DNA from: Ignavibacteria bacterium
Lineage (GTDB): Bacteria; Bacteroidota; Ignavibacteria; Tepidaquicellales; OLB5
Length of the DNA stretch: 64,000 bases
Assembly (NCBI GenBank): GCA_017303675.1
Contig: JAFLBX010000002.1
Location: 957,642-1,021,641, forward strand
Direction of reading: 5' to 3'
Positions 8,806-18,509 of this stretch are shown piece by piece (positions within the stretch are counted from its first letter, which is position 1; every line of letters begins with the position of its first letter). A program made the translations under genes and the position numbers. Under the pieces are notes generated by a model. It did no database searches. It was not told where the DNA came from and saw only the letters and a program-made list of their open reading frames with translations.

Positions 8806-11220
8806 TTACTCCCACACTACCCTTCTTGTAAAATCACCATTAGTTCTCAGTATAACAGCGCCTGTTTTACCGGCATCGAGCACATTAAATCCATTTTCAT
8901 ATAGTGCTGCCTTAAATATTTCTGCATTAAGCCTTCTTCTTCCCGAAACAATTTCACCAATAATAATATATGCGGGATTAACATTTGCAATAAACTGCGG
9001 CGGTGTTGTTGTAAATGAACCCGAAGAAGCAACGCGAATTACCTGCGTATTTAGGTCCAGATCATTCAAATACACTGAATTGTAAATTATTTCTTCCGGC
9101 TTTACTGCATCGGTAAATACAAAGGACTGGTCGCCAAACAAAAACTGTGTCATCATTGTGCCGGCTTTATACAGGCTGTCATAATAAATATACAGCCTGA
9201 AGTTACCATTTTTATTTATGATCTTAGAACTGCTGATGTATTCAACAGCAGTATTTTTAAAATTACTATTAAAATATTTCGATTCAATTATATCTTTGTA
9301 ATATACCGGGAGCATCATCTTCTTCACTTCTGTGTTCTGAACAAGGTACAGCAGGTTTCTGAACTCATCTTTATCCATTGAATTCATAATAAGAAGATCT
9401 ATTTTACCACTGCCCCCAGCTTTTAAATACGGCAGTACAGTTCGTTGCGCTGAATTATATTTATCACTTGATGTCCCGGCATTTATCAATACAGTTGTTC
9501 CGCCCGGCATTTTTACAGCAGTACAGTTTGATGAGCCTGTATTCAGGAATGTTATTTCAGCTTCATTGGTCATAGCTGCTACATCTTTCCATACAGCAAA
9601 ATTAATAATAAGCAGCAGGGAAACTGCCAAACGAATTATATAATTGCTTCTGTTTGCAGTCAAAACCAGGATCAATATTATATAATAAAATATCAGCATC
9701 ATACCATCAACAAAATACGTTTGCACATATGCAATATCCAGCCCGGCACAGAATTCAATTAGCAAAAGCTGTATATACAGCAGCATCTGGTTCACAGCCC
9801 CGAAAACTGAACCAAGCCATCCTGATAACGGTGAAACAATCACCATTATAAACCCTAATGCCAGCGAAATATTTGAAAGCGGAATGGCAAACAAGTTTGA
9901 TAACAGGGATATAACTGAAATTTTCTTAAACATAACAGCAGTTATGGGAAGTGTACCCAGCTGCGCTGCAAAAGTACCAAGGAATAATGCTGCTGCAGCT
10001 TTAAAAACCTTTACGGATAATTTATCACTGTTGAGCTCTTTGATCCATTTAATATTATTTAGCTTATTATTTAAAAACGGGTAAATAATTATTATGGAAA
10101 GCAATGCGGAAAATGAAAGTATAAAACCGGCATCAAAAAGCTGCCGGGGGTCTACAACTAAAATCAGCAACGCCGCAAATGAAAGTATATTATAGCTGTT
10201 TGGCCTGCGCCCTGCAATTTGCGCTATCAAAAAAACAGAAGCCATTATAACTGCGCGGACTATTGAAGGTGAATTGCCGGTCAGATCCATATAAAACAGC
10301 AAAGATGCGATAGTGATAAATATTTTATAATGCTGTTTAATTGGTATAAAGATAAGTATTGCCCAGATTATCAATGCAACATATGCTACATTCAGCCCTG
10401 AGACTGCGATAATATGCGCAACACCGGCATTTATAAAATTTTCTCTGGTCTCCCCTGAAATATTGCTTCTTTCACCAAGCAGCAGCCCTTTAAGATATTC
10501 AGCTTCCTGGCCGCTTAAATTCTCTTCAATTACTTCTAATGAATACTTTTTAACCGGTATTATCACATAAGTGTACCATGGATTTTGTGTTTCATTGCCT
10601 GTAAGTGTTATGCTTTCAAAGCCGTAAGCTGAAAATACTGCATCAACACCATGCATTTTCAGATACCTTCCATAGTCAAATTCTCCCGGGTTTCGCCTGC
10701 CCGGCAGCGGTTCGATCTTTCCTTTAAGCTCTACTATATCACCATAAGTAAACTCAGCCGCAGCTTCTTCGGTGAATTTGTTTTTATACACAGAAGCAAG
10801 CATATTTCCGGAAACAGATGAATCATTTACCGATATTAACTGTATTAAGAGCCTCATCCTGTCATCCTTCAATTCAGGCTGTTCTGCTACTATCCCTTTT
10901 ACTACTGAATTCGGCTCTGTTTGCAATATCCTTGCAGAAATGTTGTTCTCACCGGTTTTGTAATACCTGAATTGAAACGATAATAATCCGAAAAGCATTA
11001 AAAGGAATAAACAGGAAAAAAGGAACAGCTCTCCTTTTTGCAATTTGGGGTAAAGCACTGCTATAAAAATACCTGCAGTAACAATAGCAGTTAGGAAAAA
11101 CCACTCAGGCAAGAACGAGAGATCTACTTTCAGGTAATCACTGATTAATATTCCCAAAGCCATCGGGAAAACAGCAAGTGCTGCCGGGTATTTTCTGCTG
11201 AAGGTACTGAACATTTTCAA
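8806..11220 (-). CDS. comEC: DNA internalization competence protein ComEC/Rec2
   Basis: 804 aa. Contains N-terminal TM helices plus an OB-like region, a polytopic competence domain (GVAHIIAVSGLNVA) and a C-terminal MBL-like domain. Confidence 0.85.
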   Translation of the reverse strand: MKMFSTFSRKYPAALAVFPMALGILISDYLKVDLSFLPEWFFLTAIVTAGIFIAVLYPKLQKGELFLFSCLFLLMLFGLLSFQFRYYKTGENNISARILQTEPNSVVKGIVAEQPELKDDRMRLLIQLISVNDSSVSGNMLASVYKNKFTEEAAAEFTYGDIVELKGKIEPLPGRRNPGEFDYGRYLKMHGVDAVFSAYGFESITLTGNETQNPWYTYVIIPVKKYSLEVIEENLSGQEAEYLKGLLLGERSNISGETRENFINAGVAHIIAVSGLNVAYVALIIWAILIFIPIKQHYKIFITIASLLFYMDLTGNSPSIVRAVIMASVFLIAQIAGRRPNSYNILSFAALLILVVDPRQLFDAGFILSFSALLSIIIIYPFLNNKLNNIKWIKELNSDKLSVKVFKAAAALFLGTFAAQLGTLPITAVMFKKISVISLLSNLFAIPLSNISLALGFIMVIVSPLSGWLGSVFGAVNQMLLYIQLLLIEFCAGLDIAYVQTYFVDGMMLIFYYIILILVLTANRSNYIIRLAVSLLLIINFAVWKDVAAMTNEAEITFLNTGSSNCTAVKMPGGTTVLINAGTSSDKYNSAQRTVLPYLKAGGSGKIDLLIMNSMDKDEFRNLLYLVQNTEVKKMMLPVYYKDIIESKYFNSNFKNTAVEYISSSKIINKNGNFRLYIYYDSLYKAGTMMTQFLFGDQSFVFTDAVKPEEIIYNSVYLNDLDLNTQVIRVASSGSFTTTPPQFIANVNPAYIIIGEIVSGRRRLNAEIFKAALYENGFNVLDAGKTGAVILRTNGDFTRRVVWE

Positions 11221-11305
11221 AGTTAATTATTTTTGTTTTAAGATTTAATCCTTCTCTGTAATCTGACCAAATAATTTAGTAATTTGCATTAATAATAAAA
11301 ACAAT

Positions 11306-11914
11306 ATGAAACCAATAGTAACCGAAAGGCTTATAATCAGGGAATTCCGCCCCGCTGATCTTGGAGAAATTTACAGGATACTTGATGTTGAGCTGAAATT
11401 CAAGGATTCCAAGTTACAGGATTCATCAATAGCTCAGCGCAAAGAATGGCTTGAGTGGACGATACAGGGATATAAACAAAACCGCATGCTGCTCAATCCG
11501 CCCTACGGCGATCATGCGATAGTTCTAAAAGATTCGCTTCAGCTTATAGGAACATGCGGATTTGTTCCGGTTTTGGCTCCGCTTGGATTAGTTCCCTATT
11601 ACCGTTATATAGCCGATGCAACTGAAAGCGACCGCAATTACCCCGAGGTCGGGATTTTTTTCGCTGTATCCTCACATTACCAGTGCAGGGGTTTTGCGCA
11701 TGAAGCAGCATCAGGACTGATAAAATACGGCTTTGAAACTCTTAAGCTGCAAAGAATTGTGGGAATAACCAATATGTATAACAATCCATCACAGGCCGTA
11801 TTAAAAAGGCTTGGGATGAAAATTGAGCTGCTGCCTGAGCATAAATGGATGCAGGTTGTAGGTATTGCAGAAAATAACGATGAATGGAAAGCTAATATCA
11901 AAAAAGCTGGTTAA
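11306..11914 (+). CDS. GNAT-family N-acetyltransferase (RimJ/RimL-like)
   Basis: TERLIIREFRPADL start, QCRGFAHEAASGLIKYGFE acetyl-CoA site pattern, and N..S..VLKRLGM. Confidence 0.75.
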   Translation: MKPIVTERLIIREFRPADLGEIYRILDVELKFKDSKLQDSSIAQRKEWLEWTIQGYKQNRMLLNPPYGDHAIVLKDSLQLIGTCGFVPVLAPLGLVPYYRYIADATESDRNYPEVGIFFAVSSHYQCRGFAHEAASGLIKYGFETLKLQRIVGITNMYNNPSQAVLKRLGMKIELLPEHKWMQVVGIAENNDEWKANIKKAG

Positions 11915-11931
11915 GAAAAATTTTAAATTAT

Positions 11932-12396
11932 ATGAGTAAAATAAATTTTAACGGGAAAGAATACAACAGCCTAAACGAAATACCGGATGAGTTCAGGGTA
12001 ATGTTCAAAGATGAGAACAATAACGGGATACCTGACTTTGTAGAAGGCTTGCTGAACGCAAATACAACAGGCAGCCAAAAACCATTGATAGCAAATTTTA
12101 ATTCTTTCTTCTATAACGGTAAACAGTACAGCAGTATAGACCAAATGCCGCAGGAAGCCAGGGAAATGGTCAAAAAAGGACTTGGAAAACTTGAAAGCTC
12201 AGGGTTTGGAATGATGATGCCGGAAACAGGGAATGTTAATGTTGCTGCAGAGCAAACAACACATTCATTACCACACGGATTAAAAGAAGAAGCGCAGCAG
12301 GAGCTGCGGCCGGGTTTCAAATTCAGATTAATAATGACCTTTGTTATGCTGGTACTTGCTATTGTATATATAATTTGGCTATTAAAAATAATCTAA
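11932..12396 (+). CDS. hypothetical protein with C-terminal TM anchor
   Basis: 154-aa ORF with an internal duplicated NGKEY/NGKQYSS...P.E.R motif and a hydrophobic tail (LIMTFVMLVLAIVYIIWLL). Confidence 0.4.
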   Translation: MSKINFNGKEYNSLNEIPDEFRVMFKDENNNGIPDFVEGLLNANTTGSQKPLIANFNSFFYNGKQYSSIDQMPQEAREMVKKGLGKLESSGFGMMMPETGNVNVAAEQTTHSLPHGLKEEAQQELRPGFKFRLIMTFVMLVLAIVYIIWLLKII

Positions 12397-12409
12397 TTTT
12401 TCTAATAAA

Positions 12410-12850
12410 ATGAAATACATTACATCCCAGTACATGAAATACCTTGAAAATCTTGAAAAAGAAATATCACTTTATCATAACGAAATCGACTTATGGAAGC
12501 TGACCGGTGACCTTAAAAATACACCGGCAAATCTCGCTATGCATCTGTGCGGAAATCTAAAACATAATATTGGTGCTGTGATCGGCAAGAACGGGTATAT
12601 CCGTGATCGTGACTTTGAGTTTTCTCAAACCGGCACCGGCAAAAAGGAAATACTTGCAGAGATCACAAGTACAGCTGAAATTGTTAAACAAGTGCTTGAA
12701 TCACTTACACCCGAGCAATTATCTGAACAGTTCCCTGAAACATCTCACGGTGAAGACCAGACAGTTTATGATGCATTGATTAGGCTAGCCCTGCATCTGG
12801 GTTATCACACAGGGCAGATCAATTATCACAGAAGGATACTTACTAATTAA
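12410..12850 (+). CDS. DinB-family (DUF1572-like) four-helix-bundle protein
   Basis: Has the AMHLCGNL ... LALHLGYHTGQI histidine pattern typical of the DinB superfamily. Confidence 0.65.
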   Translation: MKYITSQYMKYLENLEKEISLYHNEIDLWKLTGDLKNTPANLAMHLCGNLKHNIGAVIGKNGYIRDRDFEFSQTGTGKKEILAEITSTAEIVKQVLESLTPEQLSEQFPETSHGEDQTVYDALIRLALHLGYHTGQINYHRRILTN

Positions 12851-12859
12851 AATGAAATA

Positions 12860-14152
12860 TTGATACAGGAAAGTTCTTTCAAAAAAGAATTTGAGTTTGA
12901 AAAAACTCTGAGTGAATACAAACGGGTAAAAATTATCTGTTACCTGCTTGGTATCGGTATGGTTATAAGTATAGCAAATAATTACCTGGATTTCCTTGAC
13001 CTGCAGAGATTTTTCAAATATAAAACCTCAGGGTACGCAATAATTATCTGGGTATTTTTCTTCCTTAATTATGAGCTAATATTTCTTTTCCTGCTTAAAA
13101 GATATATAAGAGATAAGATCTCAATTCACGATACTCTTAAGCTTGTACATACGATAATAGAAATAGTCTTCCCAGGGATACTGATGTTCATGCTTACAAT
13201 TATTGAAGAACGTGCAGTTTATCTTGATGCCCCGTATTTTCTTACCTATTTTCTTCTGATAGCTATTTCATCGCTTCAGCTTAATTTCCGGATAAGTTTT
13301 TTTCTTGGCATTGCAGCAGCACTGCAGTATTCAGCCTTAACTTACTATGTATATAATTATATAATCCCGGCACAGGATCTGAAAGCTCATATGCCGATAG
13401 CTTCATATTATGTAAGGGCTGTAATGATGCTCTTTACAGGAGCTGCTTCAGGAATGATAGCTTCGGAGATAAACAAACGTGTGCAGAACTCCTTCAGCCA
13501 GCTGATGGAAAAACAAAAAATTATCAACCTTTTCGGGCAGCAGGTATCACGTGAAATTGTTGATGAGCTGATACTCCGTAAAGATAACCTTGATATCAAA
13601 AGGGTTAATGCAACAATTATGTTCCTGGATATCAGGAATTTCAGCTCTTATGCTGAAACCAAAGACCCTGCTGAAATAATCCAGTTCCAGAATAATATTT
13701 TTGATCCGCTCATAGAAATAATTTCTAAACACAAAGGACTTGTAAACCAGTTCATGGGTGATGGTTTTATGGCTTCATTCGGCATTCCGCTGCAGATTGA
13801 AGACCACCGCCAGAATGCCTTCAATGCAGGGCTGGAAATAATTAATAAAATAAAGATACTTGCTGAAATGAATATCATACCCGTTACACGGGTTGGGATA
13901 GGCATTCATTCAGGCGAAGTAATTACAGGAAATATTGGTAATGATATACGCAAGCAGTATTCAATAGCCGGAACGACAGTAATTACAGCCGCCAGGCTTG
14001 AGCAGCTGAATAAGCAGTTCCAGACACAGTTTTTGGTATCACGGGATTTTCTTAACAGCATTAGTACAAACGGCCAGGCATCAGAATCGCTTGGCGAAGT
14101 TTCAATTAAAGGATTTGAAAAACCAATGGAGGTAATGTGCGTAAAAGTTTAA
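12860..14152 (+). CDS. membrane-bound class III adenylate/guanylate cyclase
   Basis: About 6-7 N-terminal TM helices are followed by the cyclase core ATIMFLDIRNFSSYAE...FMGDGFMASFG...RVGIGIHSGEVITGNIG. TTG start. Confidence 0.8.
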   Translation: MIQESSFKKEFEFEKTLSEYKRVKIICYLLGIGMVISIANNYLDFLDLQRFFKYKTSGYAIIIWVFFFLNYELIFLFLLKRYIRDKISIHDTLKLVHTIIEIVFPGILMFMLTIIEERAVYLDAPYFLTYFLLIAISSLQLNFRISFFLGIAAALQYSALTYYVYNYIIPAQDLKAHMPIASYYVRAVMMLFTGAASGMIASEINKRVQNSFSQLMEKQKIINLFGQQVSREIVDELILRKDNLDIKRVNATIMFLDIRNFSSYAETKDPAEIIQFQNNIFDPLIEIISKHKGLVNQFMGDGFMASFGIPLQIEDHRQNAFNAGLEIINKIKILAEMNIIPVTRVGIGIHSGEVITGNIGNDIRKQYSIAGTTVITAARLEQLNKQFQTQFLVSRDFLNSISTNGQASESLGEVSIKGFEKPMEVMCVKV

Positions 14153-14523
14153 TTTTATTCGTGATAGTTTTTGCTTATATCTGGGGATGCTCAGGCAGTG
14201 AGGATAAATACAGCCTGCTGGATAACAGCGACAGGAGTTCAATTGCAAAGATTTGCAAATGCATCGAGCCGTTGGAATTCTATAAACAAAAAATGTCCGA
14301 AGGTTCTGATACTGCGCAAAAGAGAATGTACATGGATACTTTCCAATTAAAAGCAGCTGAACTTTACCCTTGCATTGAAGAATTTGAAAAACTTGAAGTA
14401 AAATTCGAAACAGGTGAAAAATACCGGGAGCAGTTTATCGCCTATGTAAAGGATAAACATCCTTACTGCTCTAAGTTTATGATAGGTCTGGGTCCAAATG
14501 ATTCAGTAAACAATAAGAAATAA
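14137..14523 (+). CDS. putative lipoprotein, unknown function
   Basis: GTG start overlapping the cyclase stop by 16 nt. Signal peptide with a lipobox-like IWGC. Confidence 0.45.
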   Translation: MRKSLILFVIVFAYIWGCSGSEDKYSLLDNSDRSSIAKICKCIEPLEFYKQKMSEGSDTAQKRMYMDTFQLKAAELYPCIEEFEKLEVKFETGEKYREQFIAYVKDKHPYCSKFMIGLGPNDSVNNKK

Positions 14524-14530
14524 TTATTTT

Positions 14531-15001
14531 ATGAATGTTCTCTATAATTCTGTAAACCGAATAAACTCATATTTGCAGGAAATTCCTGAAAAAATAAATA
14601 AAATTCAGGAAGGTGAATTTACATACAAGAAGTCACCTAAGAAATGGTCGAAAAAAGAAATTTTCGGGCATTTGTGTGATTCTGCAGTAAATAATTTAAG
14701 CCGGTTTGTACGCGCACAATTTGAAACTGAGCCATTCCTGATAGTACCCTATGCACAGGATGATTGGGTTAGGGTTAATTACTACAATGATATGGATACC
14801 GGTGAACTTCTGAATTACTGGATCACTCTCAACAGGCAGATAGTACGGGTAATTTCAAATATTCCCGAATCAAAGCTCGCGGTGAAAATTGAGCTGGGCA
14901 ACGCAGCATTCCGCGAAGATTCAACCGATAAAACACTGCTGTGGCTGATAGAGGATTACGTTGTTCATATGGAGTATCACCTGAAGCAGATAGTTGAATA
15001 A
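14531..15001 (+). CDS. DinB-family protein (second paralog type)
   Basis: WSKKEIFGHLCDSAVNN ... VVHMEYHLKQI histidine pattern. Confidence 0.65.
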   Translation: MNVLYNSVNRINSYLQEIPEKINKIQEGEFTYKKSPKKWSKKEIFGHLCDSAVNNLSRFVRAQFETEPFLIVPYAQDDWVRVNYYNDMDTGELLNYWITLNRQIVRVISNIPESKLAVKIELGNAAFREDSTDKTLLWLIEDYVVHMEYHLKQIVE

Positions 15002-15005
15002 AAAT

Positions 15006-15233
15006 GTCATACCCGCGAAGGCGGGTATCCAGACTATTATTTCAGTAAATACAAAAACTCAGGAATTATGACTATAGCAAATAAGTTTTTTATAACCTTC
15101 TCTTTTTTGAAATAGTTGTAAGGAGTTTCTGCTTATCTTAATGAAGAAGTCACATTCTATAAAATTATCGTATTTCAAAGATCCACTTTTCAGCTTAAAT
15201 CAATTACTAGATACCCGCCTTCGCGGGTATGAC
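15006..15233. mobile_element. MITE-like element: 24-bp perfect terminal inverted repeats around a 180-bp AT-rich core
   Basis: gtcatacccgcgaaggcgggtatc at 15006-15029 has its exact reverse complement at 15210-15233. Each end is itself a hairpin. Confidence 0.45.
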
Positions 15234-16393
15234 AAGCAACCTATAAATACACCAATCGTACCGGCAAGCATTCCGCAAGATAAAGCAAACATATACATTG
15301 CATAATTGGAAATACCGGATATCTTAAACCAAATCACCAAAGCAGGATAAAAGAGCAGCACCTCACTCAGTAGAAACGAAGCTAGGAATGTGTAGATTCC
15401 ATACTTAAACCATATACCATTGGCATTAATAAAATCTGACCCTGCAATCCATCCCAGCATACCCGCAGAAATTACCCCAAGCATAACAAGGTGAATGAAT
15501 CCTATAGTCACTTCCCTGCTTAAAAAAGCGGCATCACCAATATTCGGTAAAGCTGAAACCAGCTGCAGCAGATATTTTACAAACAGTGCGAAAAAACTGA
15601 AACGGAACAATAACTGAACAACACTGCTTTCTTTATGGAATACCATTATTTCATTTGCAAATAAAAGCTTATACAGGTATCGCAGTCCGGCAAGCTGAAC
15701 AAATGCACTTAATACTGCAATCCAGTAGATATAAGCAGGTAATTTGAATCCTAACAGCGAAAGCGTATAAGCAGCAACATTGGAATAGAAGAGGAAATTG
15801 AACGCTGCCGAAGAGGTTTTCTCATTGAACTTTGCGCCTTTGTTTTCATAATACTTAAGCCATAAACCAATGAGGGCGAATATAAACCATCCGTTATACT
15901 GAAAGTGCAGGTAAAAATAAATTATCTGTTTGTAGAGATCAGTACCGGCGGAACCCTGCAGCATTACTGCAACCAATCCCCACGGACCCAGTGATGAAAG
16001 GAAAAGAAAAAATAAAGCTCCGTATATGAATTTTAATGATAGAGTTTCAGTCTTTACGGAAGCCAGGTCCTTAAGTACAAAGACTATAAAAAAATAAGAG
16101 CAGAAAATATGCAGAGTTGAAAATGTAATTGAATACGCTGCATATCCCTGCCATGCAAATGTGAAAAGCATACCAAGTATTGATACCTGCGTTACCCAAA
16201 ACAAAATATTATACTTTTTCTGCTTCAGGGGATCTTTTATGTATGAATGTACTATCGCAATGTAAAGCGCATTATAAAGCCAGCCAAGTATTGCAAAATG
16301 TGAGTGTGAGTGCAGGGTATTATCATAGTTCAGAAGTTCAACCGGAAATACGAACTTTAACCGGAGAAATGTACCTATTGCTGCAACAAGCAC
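15200..16393 (-). CDS. polytopic integral membrane protein (about 12 TM), unknown function
   Basis: 397 aa, hydrophobic throughout, with conserved-looking HSHSHFAILGW and GFIHLVMLGV. The last 10 codons are supplied by a palindromic repeat. Confidence 0.55.
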   Translation of the reverse strand: MLVAAIGTFLRLKFVFPVELLNYDNTLHSHSHFAILGWLYNALYIAIVHSYIKDPLKQKKYNILFWVTQVSILGMLFTFAWQGYAAYSITFSTLHIFCSYFFIVFVLKDLASVKTETLSLKFIYGALFFLFLSSLGPWGLVAVMLQGSAGTDLYKQIIYFYLHFQYNGWFIFALIGLWLKYYENKGAKFNEKTSSAAFNFLFYSNVAAYTLSLLGFKLPAYIYWIAVLSAFVQLAGLRYLYKLLFANEIMVFHKESSVVQLLFRFSFFALFVKYLLQLVSALPNIGDAAFLSREVTIGFIHLVMLGVISAGMLGWIAGSDFINANGIWFKYGIYTFLASFLLSEVLLFYPALVIWFKISGISNYAMYMFALSCGMLAGTIGVFIGCLSYPRRRVSSN

Positions 16394-16481
16394 AAAGTAA
16401 AAAAGCGAAAGTTTTATTTTATTATTGAATTCGAAAGTATTAATTATTAATTCTCCTTTTTAAAAGGGGGATATAAACACA

Positions 16482-18251
16482 TCAATTCAGGACCTTCATT
16501 TCAACTCTGCGGTTTTTGGCAGCGCCTTCCTCTGTTGAGTTATCAGCCACCGGCACGGTTTCGCCATAGCCCTTTGCTATCAGCCGGGCGGGATCAATCC
16601 CTGCGCCTGCCAAAAATGCAACCACACTTTCAGCCCTTTTTTGTGACAGCGAAAGGTTATAATCGTCACTGCCTTTGCTGTCCGTGTGAGCTGAAATTTC
16701 TATTTTAACTGTTGGATTATCATTAAGGAATTTTACAACTCTATCCAGCTCTATAGATGAGCCTGGCTGCAGGTCTGATCTATCAAAATCGAAGTAAATA
16801 TTATTCAATACTATTGAAGTATTTAGAAGTGACATCACAGACTGCATAACTATATCAACTGTAAGCTCACCAAACTCATTCTGGCCGGTTAGATCAATAT
16901 TATTGCTTATGGAATAATACCCCTGCCGTTCAGCAAAATAGCTGTAACTTGCTCCGTTTGGTAAAGTTATAATATAATTCCCTGTTTCAGGGTCGCTTGT
17001 AAGCTCACCCGCATTGAAATTCGAACCCAGGTCATACCACAATAGCCTTGCATCAAGCGGCTTTGAATTTTCATCAGTAATCCTGCCTTTAATTGTGAGC
17101 ACATTTTTCTCAGGCATAGCCTCCTTCGGAAGGCTTACACGGTAAATATCGTAGCCTCCTTTGCCGCCTTCACGGTCACTTGAAAAATATGCGAACTTTC
17201 CATCGGTGGATATCTTATATGCTACATCGTAGCCGGGAGTGTTGATCTCCTTCCCTAAATTTACAGGTTCGCTCCACACTTGCCATGATGTATCGCTAAG
17301 CCTCACGGTTTTGAATACATCCAGGCTGCCAAGCCCGTAATGCCCGTCACTTGAAAAATAGAGCGTCTTGCCATCCGGATGCAGAAACGGCGAGCGCTCT
17401 GCAAATGGAGTATTTACAATTTCACCAACATTCACAGGTTTTCCCCAGCCTGAATCATTTTTAACAGAAACATAAATATCTGTATTCCCTTCATACTCAC
17501 CATGGTAAAACTGGCCGCCTTTCACAAACTCACCTACCCCGCCGGGCCTATCACTGGTAAAGAAAAACGCTTTGCCGTCAGCGGTTAAAAATCCGTCACA
17601 CTCCCAATACTGCGAATTGAGGAGCTTGGGGAAAGGCTTTATTGCTGACCAGCCTGTGGAGGTTTTCTGCACATAAAAATTATCGCCGCCGCCTATGAAT
17701 CCTTTATATGAGCCAAAGAGCACCATCGTATTGCCATCGGCTGAGACGCTGTTTACAGCGTCATTTTCATTTGTACTGAAAGGCGCACCGAGATTTTTAG
17801 GCTTTATCCATGTATCGCTAATAAGCTGTGAATAGTAAATATCTTCACCGCCTTTTTTGCCTTCGGCAAATGTGAAATACATAAAAGAACCATCAATTGA
17901 TAGTACCGGGAAGTATTCGCTTTTTTTTGTGTTAACAGTTTCAATGTTCGTTACCGTGAGCCCCTCTTCCATAGCGCCTAAGAGAGCAATGATATTATCA
18001 GTGCGGTCAAATTGTTCTATAAATCTATCGCGGTATTCAAGGAATACTTTCATAGCGCTGTTATAATCCCCGGCTTCTATAAACGGCTTTGCAAGCCGCT
18101 GCACAGCTACAAATGCGTCTTCTGAAGGAGCGGTAAAAAGTATGTATTGCCTGAGCTCTTCGGGGGATGTTATGGTTTCCAGGTCACGCTGTGCAAATAA
18201 AGCACTAACTGCAAAGAATAGAAGAATTAATATTATTCCTGAAAATTTCAT
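16482..18251 (-). CDS. OmpA-family protein with TolB-like PD40 repeats
   Basis: Contains a signal peptide, PD40-type repeats (EYFPVLSIDGSFMYFT, ERSPFLHPDGKTLYFSSD), a CarboxypepD_reg-like segment and a C-terminal OmpA domain (ISAHTDSKGSDDYNLSLSQKRAESV...NRRVE). Confidence 0.85.
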   Translation of the reverse strand: MKFSGIILILLFFAVSALFAQRDLETITSPEELRQYILFTAPSEDAFVAVQRLAKPFIEAGDYNSAMKVFLEYRDRFIEQFDRTDNIIALLGAMEEGLTVTNIETVNTKKSEYFPVLSIDGSFMYFTFAEGKKGGEDIYYSQLISDTWIKPKNLGAPFSTNENDAVNSVSADGNTMVLFGSYKGFIGGGDNFYVQKTSTGWSAIKPFPKLLNSQYWECDGFLTADGKAFFFTSDRPGGVGEFVKGGQFYHGEYEGNTDIYVSVKNDSGWGKPVNVGEIVNTPFAERSPFLHPDGKTLYFSSDGHYGLGSLDVFKTVRLSDTSWQVWSEPVNLGKEINTPGYDVAYKISTDGKFAYFSSDREGGKGGYDIYRVSLPKEAMPEKNVLTIKGRITDENSKPLDARLLWYDLGSNFNAGELTSDPETGNYIITLPNGASYSYFAERQGYYSISNNIDLTGQNEFGELTVDIVMQSVMSLLNTSIVLNNIYFDFDRSDLQPGSSIELDRVVKFLNDNPTVKIEISAHTDSKGSDDYNLSLSQKRAESVVAFLAGAGIDPARLIAKGYGETVPVADNSTEEGAAKNRRVEMKVLN

Positions 18252-18509
18252 ATTTACAAATTTAACATATAATGGTCAAAAAGAATTTCACTAAAACGGG
18301 TAATACTATCCAAAAGTGACATTTCATTTTAAAAAGCAGCTTAAATACAACATTAAATTCTGCATCAGTTAGTCAATAAATTTATCAACTATTGAGCAAT
18401 TTACGTTAGAATTGCGAAATTGACTTTTTGACTTGATTTTTATTAACTTTCTTTTAGATTTTTTCTAAAAAGAGAATTCATTGTATTCCTAGAGGGAGGT
18501 TTATCAATA

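Noticed and set aside
8753-9085. 110-aa plus-strand ORF
   Set aside because: It starts in the X repeat and overlaps the 3' end of comEC on the opposite strand.
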